A stretch of 27,862 bases of DNA, taken from contig CAZKJJ010000001.1 in assembly GCA_964553055.1 (NCBI GenBank), forward strand, positions 1-27,862, written 5' to 3'. Shown piece after piece: positions 1-7,555 of this stretch (positions are counted from its first letter, which is position 1; each line of letters begins with the position of its first letter). Both the position numbers and the translations under genes were made by a program. The DNA comes from an uncultured Acidimicrobiia bacterium. GTDB lineage: Bacteria; Actinomycetota; Acidimicrobiia; Spongiisociales; CAZKJJ01. Under the pieces are notes generated by a model, which ran no database searches, was not told where the DNA came from, and saw only the letters and a program-made list of their open reading frames with translations.

Positions 1-483
1 GACGGCTCAGCGGTTGCCTTCGCTGTGGGACGGGAGACGGGTACGACCCTCGCGGTCGTCGAAGTGGAGACCGGTGCGGTCCGGGAACTGGTTTCTTCCA
101 ATCTCGGATTGGTGCGGCACTTGGCATGGTCACCGAACGGCGCACAACTCCTGGTGACCGTCGCGAATCTCACCATCGGCGATGACGTGAAGTTTGCCTG
201 GAACCCGCTTGCCGACCCGATGCCGTCTCGGCTTTACCTCGTCGACGTCGTCGGCTCGGGTCTTCGAGAGATCGCTTCCGGCCACTACGTTGCGACCGCC
301 TGGTCACCGGACGGAACTCGACTCGCGGCCCTCGACTTCTCGGTAGACGGCGGCTATTGGCGCTCACCCTCCGTACACAGACAAGTACTCGTGATGGAGA
401 ACGACGGAAGCGGGCTGCGTGCCCTCCCCCACATTGCACCCAGCGGGCCCTTCACAGGCCTCGCCTGGCATCCGGTGCCATAG
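1..483 (+). CDS. PD40/TolB-like WD40-type beta-propeller protein, C-terminal part (5'-truncated by window edge)
   Basis: The frame is open from base 1 (DGSAVAFAVGRETG...). It contains repeated PD40-type motifs (LAWSPNGAQL, TAWSPDGTRLA) and ends LAWHP, with stop TAG at 481-483. Confidence 0.8.
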   Translation, partial: DGSAVAFAVGRETGTTLAVVEVETGAVRELVSSNLGLVRHLAWSPNGAQLLVTVANLTIGDDVKFAWNPLADPMPSRLYLVDVVGSGLREIASGHYVATAWSPDGTRLAALDFSVDGGYWRSPSVHRQVLVMENDGSGLRALPHIAPSGPFTGLAWHPVP

Positions 484-571
484 ACCACGTGGCGGCCAGG
501 AAACATTTCATGAGCAAGCAGACCATCCGTAGCCGATTACCGAAGGTCGGTGCGGTTCATATGAGCCGTCC

Positions 572-997
572 CTAGCTCCCTACGGCCCTTCGGTACTCGA
601 GTATCGATCCGAGGAGGTCTTCCGGAATCGGGATGGGCTTCCAGGTCGGACGGTCTACGAACACCGTGGTGAGATGGGCGAGATAGGTCCTCACGCCGTC
701 CGTCCTGGCTCCTTCGACGCGGAAGGACAGAGACGTCGTCCCTACCTTCTCGACGAAGACGCGACTCTCGAGCGTGTCCTTCGGCGTGACGGGCGCCGAG
801 ATGTCGGCATCGAAGTGAACCCACGGACCCCCGACTTCCCTCTCGACGACCATGTCGTACCAGGAGACTCCGAGGACCTCTTCCCACCACGCCTCGATGG
901 CGTCCATGGCGTAGTCGAGGATTCGCACCGTGTAGGCGATCTGGGCGGTATCGGTGTCTGACCACGTGACCCGCCTCCGGTGGGCGAACGTCTCCAC
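572..997 (-). CDS. Acyl-CoA thioesterase, hot-dog fold (4HBT/YbgC-like)
   Basis: 141 aa. N-terminal RVTWSDTDTAQIAY matches the V.W.DTD..G 4HBT-type motif, and VEKVGTTSLSFRV is also typical. The GTG start lies 2 nt after the boxB stop. Confidence 0.85.
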   Translation of the reverse strand: METFAHRRRVTWSDTDTAQIAYTVRILDYAMDAIEAWWEEVLGVSWYDMVVEREVGGPWVHFDADISAPVTPKDTLESRVFVEKVGTTSLSFRVEGARTDGVRTYLAHLTTVFVDRPTWKPIPIPEDLLGSILEYRRAVGS

Positions 998-999
998 CG

Positions 1000-2439
1000 T
1001 CAGGCGACCAGCCGCACGTATTCGAAGTCACCTGGCCTGTTGTCGATGCCCGAGCGTGGCGGGGCGATCCACGAGGCGAAGCCGTTCAGCGTTGGTCGCG
1101 CCATGAGCTCGGAGATGAAGGCTGCGTCATCGGCTGTGGGTAGGAACTCGCCTCGTCGAGCCTCCCAGGCGCTCTCGCCGGTGAGCTCTCCTTCGGGAGT
1201 CACGTGGAGCCCAGCGAACTGGCCGATCTGTCGATGGAACGACACATGGGGAAGCGTCACCTCGAAGTCGACTTCCTCCTGCGCGATCGTCTTGTTGAAT
1301 CTGTCGATGCCTCGTGAGCAGTTCGTGATGAAGTCATCGCGGAGGCGGGCGTTGAGAGCGGTCAGCGCGGGCTCGTCGACCACGTCGAACCGGCCATCGA
1401 CATGCTGGAGCACTGGGTAGGTGTCTTCTGCGAGCATGTGGTCGTCTGCGATCTTCGCCTCCTGGAACCGCCCTTTGAGGCCTGCGCTGAAGGCCTTGGC
1501 GGCGTTGGTCGACAGCTCCGACCCGAACAGGTCCAACGTCAAGGAGTAGTGGAGGTTGGCCTTCCTTTGGATGAGGGGAAGGTCGATCACGCCCAACTTG
1601 CGTATGGCTTCGACATCGTATGGGTCCTCGATGCCCGCGCTGCGCATCGACTGGCACGTGCTCTTGATGATCCTGGTGATGCCGGACTCCCCAACGAACA
1701 TGTGGAAGGCCTCTTCGGTCAGCATGAAGCGGCAGGTCCGCGACAGCGGATCGAAGCCCGACTCGGCGAGGGCTCCGAGCTGCATGCGGCCGTCCCTGTC
1801 TGTGAAGAACGTGAAGAGGAAGAACGAGAGCCAGTCGGGGGTCTCCTCGTTGAACGCTCCCAGAATGCGGGGCTTGTCGATGTCTCCTGATTGTCTGCGT
1901 AGCAGCTCCTCGGACTCCTCTCGCCCGTCCCTTCCGAAGTACCGCTGGAGGAGGTACACCATCGCCCAGAGGTGGCGGCCCTCCTCCACGTTGACTTGGA
2001 AAAGGTTCCGCATGTCGTAGAGCGAAGGGGCGGTCTTCCCGAGGTATCGCTGCTGCTCGACGGAGGCAGGCTCGGTGTCGCCCTGGACGACGACGAGCCT
2101 ACGCAGAAGCGCCCTGTGCTCGCCTGGCACCTCCTGCCAGGCGGGCTCGCCGCGGTGCACGCCACAGGGGACACGCCTGTCCTCGACGGCAGGGGCCAGC
2201 AGGATGCCCCATCGGTACTCTGGCATGCGGACGTAGTCGAAACGGGCCCAACCCCTAGGGTCGACACTGACTGCGGTCCTCAGGTAGACGAGTGCCTCCT
2301 GGAACCCGTCCGGTCCCATCCGCATCCACCAGTCCAGATATCCGGGATGCCACGACTCGAGCGCCCTGCGCAGCCTGGCGTCGTCAGCCAGGCCCACGTT
2401 GTTGGGGATGCGCTGGTCATAGTCGACGTCGCCGCTCAC
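1000..2439 (-). CDS. boxB: Benzoyl-CoA 2,3-epoxidase, diiron subunit BoxB
   Basis: 479 aa. Recognised BoxB sequence: IPNNVGL, VYLRTAVSVDPRGWARFDYVRMPEYRWGI, VQGDTEPASVEQQR, and diiron ExxH motifs VEEGRHLWAM and TEEAFHMFVGE. SD GGAG is 5 nt before the GTG. Confidence 0.96.
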   Translation of the reverse strand: MSGDVDYDQRIPNNVGLADDARLRRALESWHPGYLDWWMRMGPDGFQEALVYLRTAVSVDPRGWARFDYVRMPEYRWGILLAPAVEDRRVPCGVHRGEPAWQEVPGEHRALLRRLVVVQGDTEPASVEQQRYLGKTAPSLYDMRNLFQVNVEEGRHLWAMVYLLQRYFGRDGREESEELLRRQSGDIDKPRILGAFNEETPDWLSFFLFTFFTDRDGRMQLGALAESGFDPLSRTCRFMLTEEAFHMFVGESGITRIIKSTCQSMRSAGIEDPYDVEAIRKLGVIDLPLIQRKANLHYSLTLDLFGSELSTNAAKAFSAGLKGRFQEAKIADDHMLAEDTYPVLQHVDGRFDVVDEPALTALNARLRDDFITNCSRGIDRFNKTIAQEEVDFEVTLPHVSFHRQIGQFAGLHVTPEGELTGESAWEARRGEFLPTADDAAFISELMARPTLNGFASWIAPPRSGIDNRPGDFEYVRLVA

Positions 2440-2455
2440 AGGCGCTCCTCGTTCG

Positions 2456-2494
2456 TGTCAATGGAGCCACCGAAATCCGACGCCTCCATTGACA
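2456..2494. repeat. Perfect 11-bp inverted repeat in the boxC-boxB intergenic spacer
   Basis: TGTCAATGGAG (2456-2466) and CTCCATTGACA (2484-2494) with a 17-nt loop. Confidence 0.85.
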
Positions 2495-2503
2495 GGAAAC
2501 CGG

Positions 2504-4150
2504 TCATGCTCGATCGCGATCATACGCAGGCGGCTGTCCCGTCCCGTACCGGCGCAGAGCTCCCTCGTCTCCGGCCGCGTTCGGACGCGAGAACACCCAG
2601 TTCTGCCATGCGGACAGCCTCCCGAAGATCTTCGTCTCGATCGTCTCGGGACCTGCGAACCGCAGGTTCGCCTCCATGGCACTGAGCGAGTCCGGGGAGA
2701 AACTCGCTCTCTCCTCGACAGCCAGCCTCAGCTCGTCTTCCCACTCGACCTCATCGAAGGCGTACGTCACGAGACCGGCAGCCAGAGCGGCCTGAGCGTC
2801 GAGGTGCACACCGACCAAGGACCTGACGTGGTCGATCCCCTCCGGATGTCCCCAGAACCTCGTCTCGAGGCGGGAGATGCCGTTGGACATGGGAAACGCC
2901 CCGAGATTGGAGGGAGTGAGCTGCAGGGATGGGGCCGGCTCGTCGCCTCCTTCCCGAGCCCCCTCGAACATGTACGTCCTGTCCGCGGCGAGCGCCAGCT
3001 CTGCGAGCAGGCCAACGAAGCAGCTTCCAGGCTCTATGAGCGCGAACGCGGTCCGCGAGCCGATGTCCAGTCGCTTGAGCGTCCTCTTCCAGTACAGAAC
3101 GATCTCCCGCACCAGCCAGTCAGACGTGTGCTGGACGAGGAAGGCGTCGTGGCCTGCCACGAGGTCGGGGGCTCCCTCGGTCTCGAGTAACAGCAAACCG
3201 ATCTCCGGCTCGTTGACTCGCATGTGCAGCAGGGCGTCATCCAGCTCCCTGACCAGGGCCAGAGGCCAGTAGCCACTGTCTGTGATCTCATCTGGGCCTT
3301 CCGCAGGCCCCGTTTCGGGCCCACGGAGGGTCAGCGTGGCAGCCCGGCCGGCTCTGTCGATCGCCACGTCCAGATGGGAGTACGAGATGCGATCGGACTC
3401 GACCTCTCGTCGGAGCGGCGTGAGATCGAGGCCCTTGGCGTCTCGAGGTCGATCGCTGGTCTCGGCCATCGCGAGGGCTCGCTCGCGGACAGCATCCTGG
3501 AATCGCGACCTGGGCACGACCTCGTCCACCAGGCCCCATTCGACGGCTCTTGGCCCCTTCACACCCTCTTCGATCGTGCAGAAGACATCTGCCCTGTCGC
3601 GCCGTACGAGCCGCTTGTCCGTCAACCGGGTGAGACCGCCTGTCCCGGGGAGGACGGCAAGCAGCGGAACTTCCGGCATCGACACGCCCGAGCTGCCGTC
3701 GTCCGTCAAGATGAGGTAGTCGCAGGCCAACGCCAGCTCGTAGCCGCCCCCAGCCGCATTGCCGTTGATGGCAGCCACGTAACGCTGGCCTGACTGCTGA
3801 GAGGCGTCCTCGATGGCGTTGCGTGTCTCGTTCGTGAACTTGCAGAAGTTGACCTTGAAGGAGTGAGCTGCCCTGCCCAGCATCCTGATGTTCGCCCCTG
3901 CACAGAACACCCTGTCGAGAGCTGACGTGATCACCACCGCTCCCACCTCGGGATGCTCGAAGCGGAGCCGTTGCGTGGCATCGTAGAGCTCGATGTCCAC
4001 GCCCAGGTCGTAGGAGTTGAGCCGCAGCTCGTATCCCTCGTCGAGGCCCCCGCTCTCATCGACATCCATGGTGAGGAACGCCAGGGGCGGATCCACGTCG
4101 AGATGCCAATGGCGATACCGGTCAGGCGTCGTCCGGAAGTCGACGGTCAC
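2504..4150 (-). CDS. boxC: 2,3-epoxybenzoyl-CoA dihydrolase BoxC (tandem crotonase fold)
   Basis: 548 aa. Matches BoxC: VDFRTTPDRYRHW, LRLNSYDLGVDIELYDA, FCAGANIRML, GGGYELALACD, PLLAVLPGTGGLTR, and C-terminal TKIFGRLSAWQNWVFSRPNA. Confidence 0.96.
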   Translation of the reverse strand: MTVDFRTTPDRYRHWHLDVDPPLAFLTMDVDESGGLDEGYELRLNSYDLGVDIELYDATQRLRFEHPEVGAVVITSALDRVFCAGANIRMLGRAAHSFKVNFCKFTNETRNAIEDASQQSGQRYVAAINGNAAGGGYELALACDYLILTDDGSSGVSMPEVPLLAVLPGTGGLTRLTDKRLVRRDRADVFCTIEEGVKGPRAVEWGLVDEVVPRSRFQDAVRERALAMAETSDRPRDAKGLDLTPLRREVESDRISYSHLDVAIDRAGRAATLTLRGPETGPAEGPDEITDSGYWPLALVRELDDALLHMRVNEPEIGLLLLETEGAPDLVAGHDAFLVQHTSDWLVREIVLYWKRTLKRLDIGSRTAFALIEPGSCFVGLLAELALAADRTYMFEGAREGGDEPAPSLQLTPSNLGAFPMSNGISRLETRFWGHPEGIDHVRSLVGVHLDAQAALAAGLVTYAFDEVEWEDELRLAVEERASFSPDSLSAMEANLRFAGPETIETKIFGRLSAWQNWVFSRPNAAGDEGALRRYGTGQPPAYDRDRA

Positions 4151-4156
4151 ACAGGG

Positions 4157-4162
4157 ATACTA
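4157..4162 (-). promoter_or_regulatory. Putative -10 hexamer (TAGTAT) for a leaderless boxC-boxB-thioesterase transcript
   Basis: TANNNT lies 6 nt upstream of the boxC GTG, and no SD is visible. Confidence 0.55.
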
Positions 4163-4172
4163 GGGAGGGGGC

Positions 4173-4703
4173 TCAGCCCGACTGACGGGAGCGGTGAGCG
4201 CGCACCTTGGCCCGGTTCCCGCAGATCTCCATGCGACACCAGCGCCTCGATTGGTTGCGGGAGGAGTCATAGAAGGCCCACTGGCAGCCGTCGTTGGCGC
4301 AGACCTTGACTCTCTCCCAATCGTCTGTCAGCTCCGCGGCGTGTGACTCGGCCAGGATCCACCCAAGAGCCCCGGCGACACCCTTGGCACGCGCCTGCAG
4401 TGCTGAGGAGCCGTCCGGGCCGTACGAGAGGGAGTAGTCGGCCGCGTCTCCTGCCTCCTCCAGGATCATCAGAGCGTCAACAGGAGGATCACATCCGTCG
4501 TGACGGCAAGCCAGCACGCGGCGAAGAGCCTCCCTGGTGCGCAGCACTAGAGCGAGGTCCTCCTCGCTGGTGATCCGCTCGTCCCGACCGATGAGGCCCT
4601 TCGTATTCAGCCACCGTCCGAGCACGGTGGCGTCGGTGAAGAGCTCCTCGCCCAACTCGAGGTCGAGCGTGTTGATGAACTCGACGACGGTCTCGACGCT
4701 CAT
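4173..4703 (-). CDS. CGNR zinc-finger / ABATE-domain protein (putative transcriptional regulator)
   Basis: 176 aa. C-terminal RVKVCANDGCQWAFYDSSRNQSRRWCRMEICGNRAKVRAHR is the CGNR motif. N-terminal VEFINTLD is ABATE-like. Confidence 0.92.
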   Translation of the reverse strand: MSVETVVEFINTLDLELGEELFTDATVLGRWLNTKGLIGRDERITSEEDLALVLRTREALRRVLACRHDGCDPPVDALMILEEAGDAADYSLSYGPDGSSALQARAKGVAGALGWILAESHAAELTDDWERVKVCANDGCQWAFYDSSRNQSRRWCRMEICGNRAKVRAHRSRQSG

Positions 4704-4882
4704 CGCATCGTGGGAAGCGGTCTTCGAGGAGCGCCCACGAGCCGCTCACCCCAGGAGATCAGTCCCCTGCCCAGCCGCTTGCGGACGGACCGCCCCGATC
4801 GGAAGGCGCGACCAGACCGACGCGAGGCCATCTCCCACCGCTGCTGCATCACTTGACGGACGGCTATCTCGGTCGTGTGCAC
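4700..4882 (-). CDS. Small Arg-rich hypothetical protein (about 60 aa), coupled to the CGNR gene
   Basis: Its TGA overlaps the CGNR ATG (ATGA, 4703-4700). I prefer the GTG at 4882 (AGAAGGG 6 nt upstream) because the ORF-track ATG at 4912 lies inside the predicted -10 box. Product MHTTEIAVRQVMQQRWEMASRR...RLGRGLISWGERL. Confidence 0.6.
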   Translation of the reverse strand: MHTTEIAVRQVMQQRWEMASRRSGRAFRSGRSVRKRLGRGLISWGERLVGAPRRPLPTMR

Positions 4883-4907
4883 GATCTGCCCTTCTGTAAC
4901 TTCCATC

Positions 4908-4936
4908 ACCATAACGGCGGTTACCTAACTAGTCAA
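4908..4936 (-). promoter_or_regulatory. Sigma70-type promoter for the small-ORF/CGNR operon
   Basis: On the minus strand: TTGACT (4936-4931), 17 nt, then TATGGT (4913-4908). Confidence 0.7.
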
Positions 4937-4952
4937 GTAGTTTCACAAGTTA
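4926..4952. promoter_or_regulatory. Palindromic candidate operator TAACT-N17-AGTTA overlapping the -35 box
   Basis: TAACT at 4926-4930 and AGTTA at 4948-4952. Further TAAC/GTTA half-sites lie at 4897-4900, 4912-4923 and 4994-4997, in an AT-rich patch of a GC-rich genome. Confidence 0.5.
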
Positions 4953-5010
4953 CATGTCGAGCCGCCATCCCATGGGCAACCCGCACGATCCGGTAACGTT
5001 GCCAGCCCAG

Positions 5011-6393
5011 ATGCTTCCCACCTCCGCCTCCTATTCGATCACTGCCAGGGTCGTCCTCGACACCGCAGACCCGCGAGCCATCGGCGCCGTCACGACCGCG
5101 GTGGGTGAGGCAGAGGGAGCCATCGCGGCTCTCGACATCGTCGAGTCGCACGAGGACCGCCTCATCGTCGACATCACCGTCAACGCCCGAGATGAGAGCC
5201 ACGCAGCAGCGATCACCGAGGCCATCGAAGGAGTTCCCACTGCCTCGGTGCGAAACGTCAGTGATCGGACCTTCCTGCTCCACCTCCACGGGAAGCTCGA
5301 GATCAAGCCCAAGATCGATCTTCGCAACCGAGATGAGCTCTCGATGGCTTACACGCCCGGTGTCGCCAGAGTGAGCGAAGCACTCGCCAAGGAGCCAGAG
5401 GACGCCTGGAACCTGACGGTCAAGGGGAACTCTGTTGCCATCGTCACAGACGGGTCCGCCATTCTCGGGCTGGGGAATCTGGGCCCGATCCCCGCTCTGC
5501 CCGTCATGGAGGGCAAGGCCATGCTGTTCAAGCGGTTCGCGGACGTCGACGCTTGGCCCATCTGCCTCGGCACGCAGGACACTGACGAGATCGTCAGAGC
5601 CGTCGAGGCGATCGCCCCAGGGTTCGGGGGTGTCAACCTGGAGGACATAGCGGCGCCGCGCTGCTTCGAGATAGAAGAGCGGCTTCGCGACTCACTCGAC
5701 ATCCCTGTGTTCCACGACGACCAGCATGGAACCGCCATCGTCGTCCTGGCTGCGCTGACGAACGCGCTCCGCCTCATCGACAAGGACATCGGCGACGTCT
5801 CGGTGGCACTCTCCGGTGCAGGCGCGGCAGGGGTCGCTATCGCCAGGATGCTGGTGGGCGTGGGTGTCGGCGACGTGGTGGCCTGCGACCGCAAGGCGAT
5901 CCTCAGCCCTGACCGCATCGACCTCGACAAGTACAAGCGGTGGCTGGCGGAGAACACCAACCGTGAGGGCAGACGAGGCGACCTCCTCGATGCCCTCAAG
6001 GGAGCGGACGTCTTCATCGGCGTGAGCGCACCCGATCTCTTCGAGCCCTCGGAGATCCAACGCATGGCACAGGACCCGATCGTCTTCGCGCTTGCCAACC
6101 CCGATCCGGAGGTGGACGCAGCAGGCGCCAGAGAGCATGCCGCAGTGGTCGCCACTGGCCGATCCGACTTCCCGAACCAGATCAACAACGTCCTGGCCTT
6201 CCCCGGAGTGTTCCGAGGGGCTCTCGATGCGAGGGCGCACAGGATCTCCGAACCCATGAAGCTGGCGGCGGCCAAAGCGATCGCCGGTCTGGTGGCCAGG
6301 GATGAGCTGCGCCCGAGCTACATCATCCCGAGCGTGTTCAATCCACGCGTGGCGCCTGAGGTGGCACAAGCCGTAGCGTCCGCCTCTCGTTGA
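5011..6393 (+). CDS. NAD(P)-dependent malic enzyme with N-terminal ACT domain
   Basis: Motifs: LSMAYTPGVA, VTDGSAILGLGNLG, PVMEGKAMLFK, GGVNLEDIAAPRCF, VFHDDQHGT, SGAGAAG, FALANPDPE, TGRSDFPNQINN. N-terminal SASYSIT... is ACT-like. The start is most likely ATG 5011 (the ORF track gives 4954). Confidence 0.92.
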   Translation: MLPTSASYSITARVVLDTADPRAIGAVTTAVGEAEGAIAALDIVESHEDRLIVDITVNARDESHAAAITEAIEGVPTASVRNVSDRTFLLHLHGKLEIKPKIDLRNRDELSMAYTPGVARVSEALAKEPEDAWNLTVKGNSVAIVTDGSAILGLGNLGPIPALPVMEGKAMLFKRFADVDAWPICLGTQDTDEIVRAVEAIAPGFGGVNLEDIAAPRCFEIEERLRDSLDIPVFHDDQHGTAIVVLAALTNALRLIDKDIGDVSVALSGAGAAGVAIARMLVGVGVGDVVACDRKAILSPDRIDLDKYKRWLAENTNREGRRGDLLDALKGADVFIGVSAPDLFEPSEIQRMAQDPIVFALANPDPEVDAAGAREHAAVVATGRSDFPNQINNVLAFPGVFRGALDARAHRISEPMKLAAAKAIAGLVARDELRPSYIIPSVFNPRVAPEVAQAVASASR

Positions 6394-6422
6394 TCCGCTC
6401 GGGCGATCAGTACCGTTGCCTG

Positions 6423-6986
6423 GTGCGTAGGGCCCTGGCGCAGCTAGCGCTGTCGATCACGCGGTGGCGTATCGTCGGCAAGCCGCCCGATCACTCTGCA
6501 GTCATCATCGGCGCCTTTCACACCTGTAACTGGGACTTTCCGAAGCTGGTCGCCGTCAAGTGGATCTGGGGATTCCACCCCTACTGGATCGGGAAGCACA
6601 CCCTGTTTCGCGGTCCGTTCGATCGACTCTTCCGCCGCATGGGAGGCATCCCCGTCAACCGGAGTCAGCCCGGCAACTTCGTCGATGAGATGGCAGACCT
6701 GTTCGACGCCCAGGAGCCCGTGCTCCTGGTGATCACACCGGAGGGCACCCGCAGCGCGTCGCAGCGGTGGAAGTCGGGTTTCTACCGGATCGCCACACAC
6801 GCCCAGGTGCCCCTGGCGCTCGGTTTCGTCGACTATCGAACGAGGACATTCGGGATCGGTCCCACCGTCGAGTTGACGGGTGACGTCGCGGTCGACATGG
6901 ACGCCATCAGGGCTTTCTACGCAGACAAGTTGGGCAGGCATCCAGAGAATCACGGTCTACCGCTTCTCACGGAGGAGACCGTCTAG
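6423..6986 (+). CDS. 1-acyl-sn-glycerol-3-phosphate acyltransferase family protein (PlsC-like)
   Basis: Catalytic HxxxxD (FHTCNWD), GGIPVNR and ITPEGTRS. The GTG at 6423 is preceded by TACCGT at 6411-6416 (alternative TTG start at 6390). Confidence 0.88.
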   Translation: MRRALAQLALSITRWRIVGKPPDHSAVIIGAFHTCNWDFPKLVAVKWIWGFHPYWIGKHTLFRGPFDRLFRRMGGIPVNRSQPGNFVDEMADLFDAQEPVLLVITPEGTRSASQRWKSGFYRIATHAQVPLALGFVDYRTRTFGIGPTVELTGDVAVDMDAIRAFYADKLGRHPENHGLPLLTEETV

Positions 6987-7090
6987 CTCCCTGGTCTGTG
7001 AGACCACGCGGGGACAGGGACACGAGCCGTGCCGCTGAGGGCACCTCAGGCCCGGAAATGCCAATATGTCGAAGAAGGGAGGGTCAGGTC

Positions 7091-7555
7091 GTGTATGAAT
7101 GGTGGAAGTTCATCCACCTCGTTGGCGTCGTGGGTTTCATGGCGGCTCACGGGACATCCATGGCGGCCACCTTCCTGGTGCGGAGGCTTCGGGATCCGGC
7201 CAAGATATCGGGGGTCCTCCAGCTGAGCGGCGCCACCGTGGGCGCGTTCTACGTGTTCACCCTCCTGCTTCTCCTCGGTGGGATCGCAGCCGGCTTATCG
7301 GGAGGCTGGTTCTCCCGATACTGGATCTGGATCTCGCTCGTCGTCTTCGTGGCCATCGCGGCCATGATGTTCTTCACCGCGAAGCGGTACTTCGACAGGG
7401 TCCGCAAGACCATCACGCTGATCGACGGAGGTACCGCCGTCAGCGATGGCGACTTCGACGCCATTCTCCGGTCAGGACAGCCGACGCTGGTCATCGGCAC
7501 CGGGGCGGTTGGCATACTGTTCATCGTGTACCTGATGGTTCTCAAGCCCTTCTGA
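7091..7555 (+). CDS. Small integral membrane protein, DUF2269-like (about 4 TM helices)
   Basis: 154 aa from GTG 7091, with SD GGGAGG upstream. Pattern YEWWKFIHLVGVV...AAHG, then GGWFSRYWIWISLVVF, ending YLMVLKPF, which is typical of DUF2269-like proteins. Confidence 0.75.
   Translation: MYEWWKFIHLVGVVGFMAAHGTSMAATFLVRRLRDPAKISGVLQLSGATVGAFYVFTLLLLLGGIAAGLSGGWFSRYWIWISLVVFVAIAAMMFFTAKRYFDRVRKTITLIDGGTAVSDGDFDAILRSGQPTLVIGTGAVGILFIVYLMVLKPF

Noticed and set aside
510-575. 21-codon ORF MSKQTIRSRLPKVGAVHMSRP with an AGGA upstream
   Set aside because: It is too short, has no motif, and is expected by chance.
2456-2461. TTGACA in the boxC-boxB inverted repeat as a -35 box for boxB
   Set aside because: With 17-nt spacing the -10 would fall inside the boxB coding sequence, and no TANNNT is there.
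6992-7049. Two 6-bp hairpins (TGGTCT/AGACCA and CTGAGG/CCTCAG) after the acyltransferase gene
   Set aside because: The stems are short, have no U-tract and are not repeated elsewhere in the window, so they cannot be distinguished from chance or ordinary terminators.
7099-7554. ORF-track N-terminal extensions (7099, 8288, 11669, 11899, 17966, 6998, 4954, 4912)
   Set aside because: They overlap real neighbouring genes or promoter elements and translate to low-complexity sequence. Downstream starts have SD or -10 support and match family N-termini.
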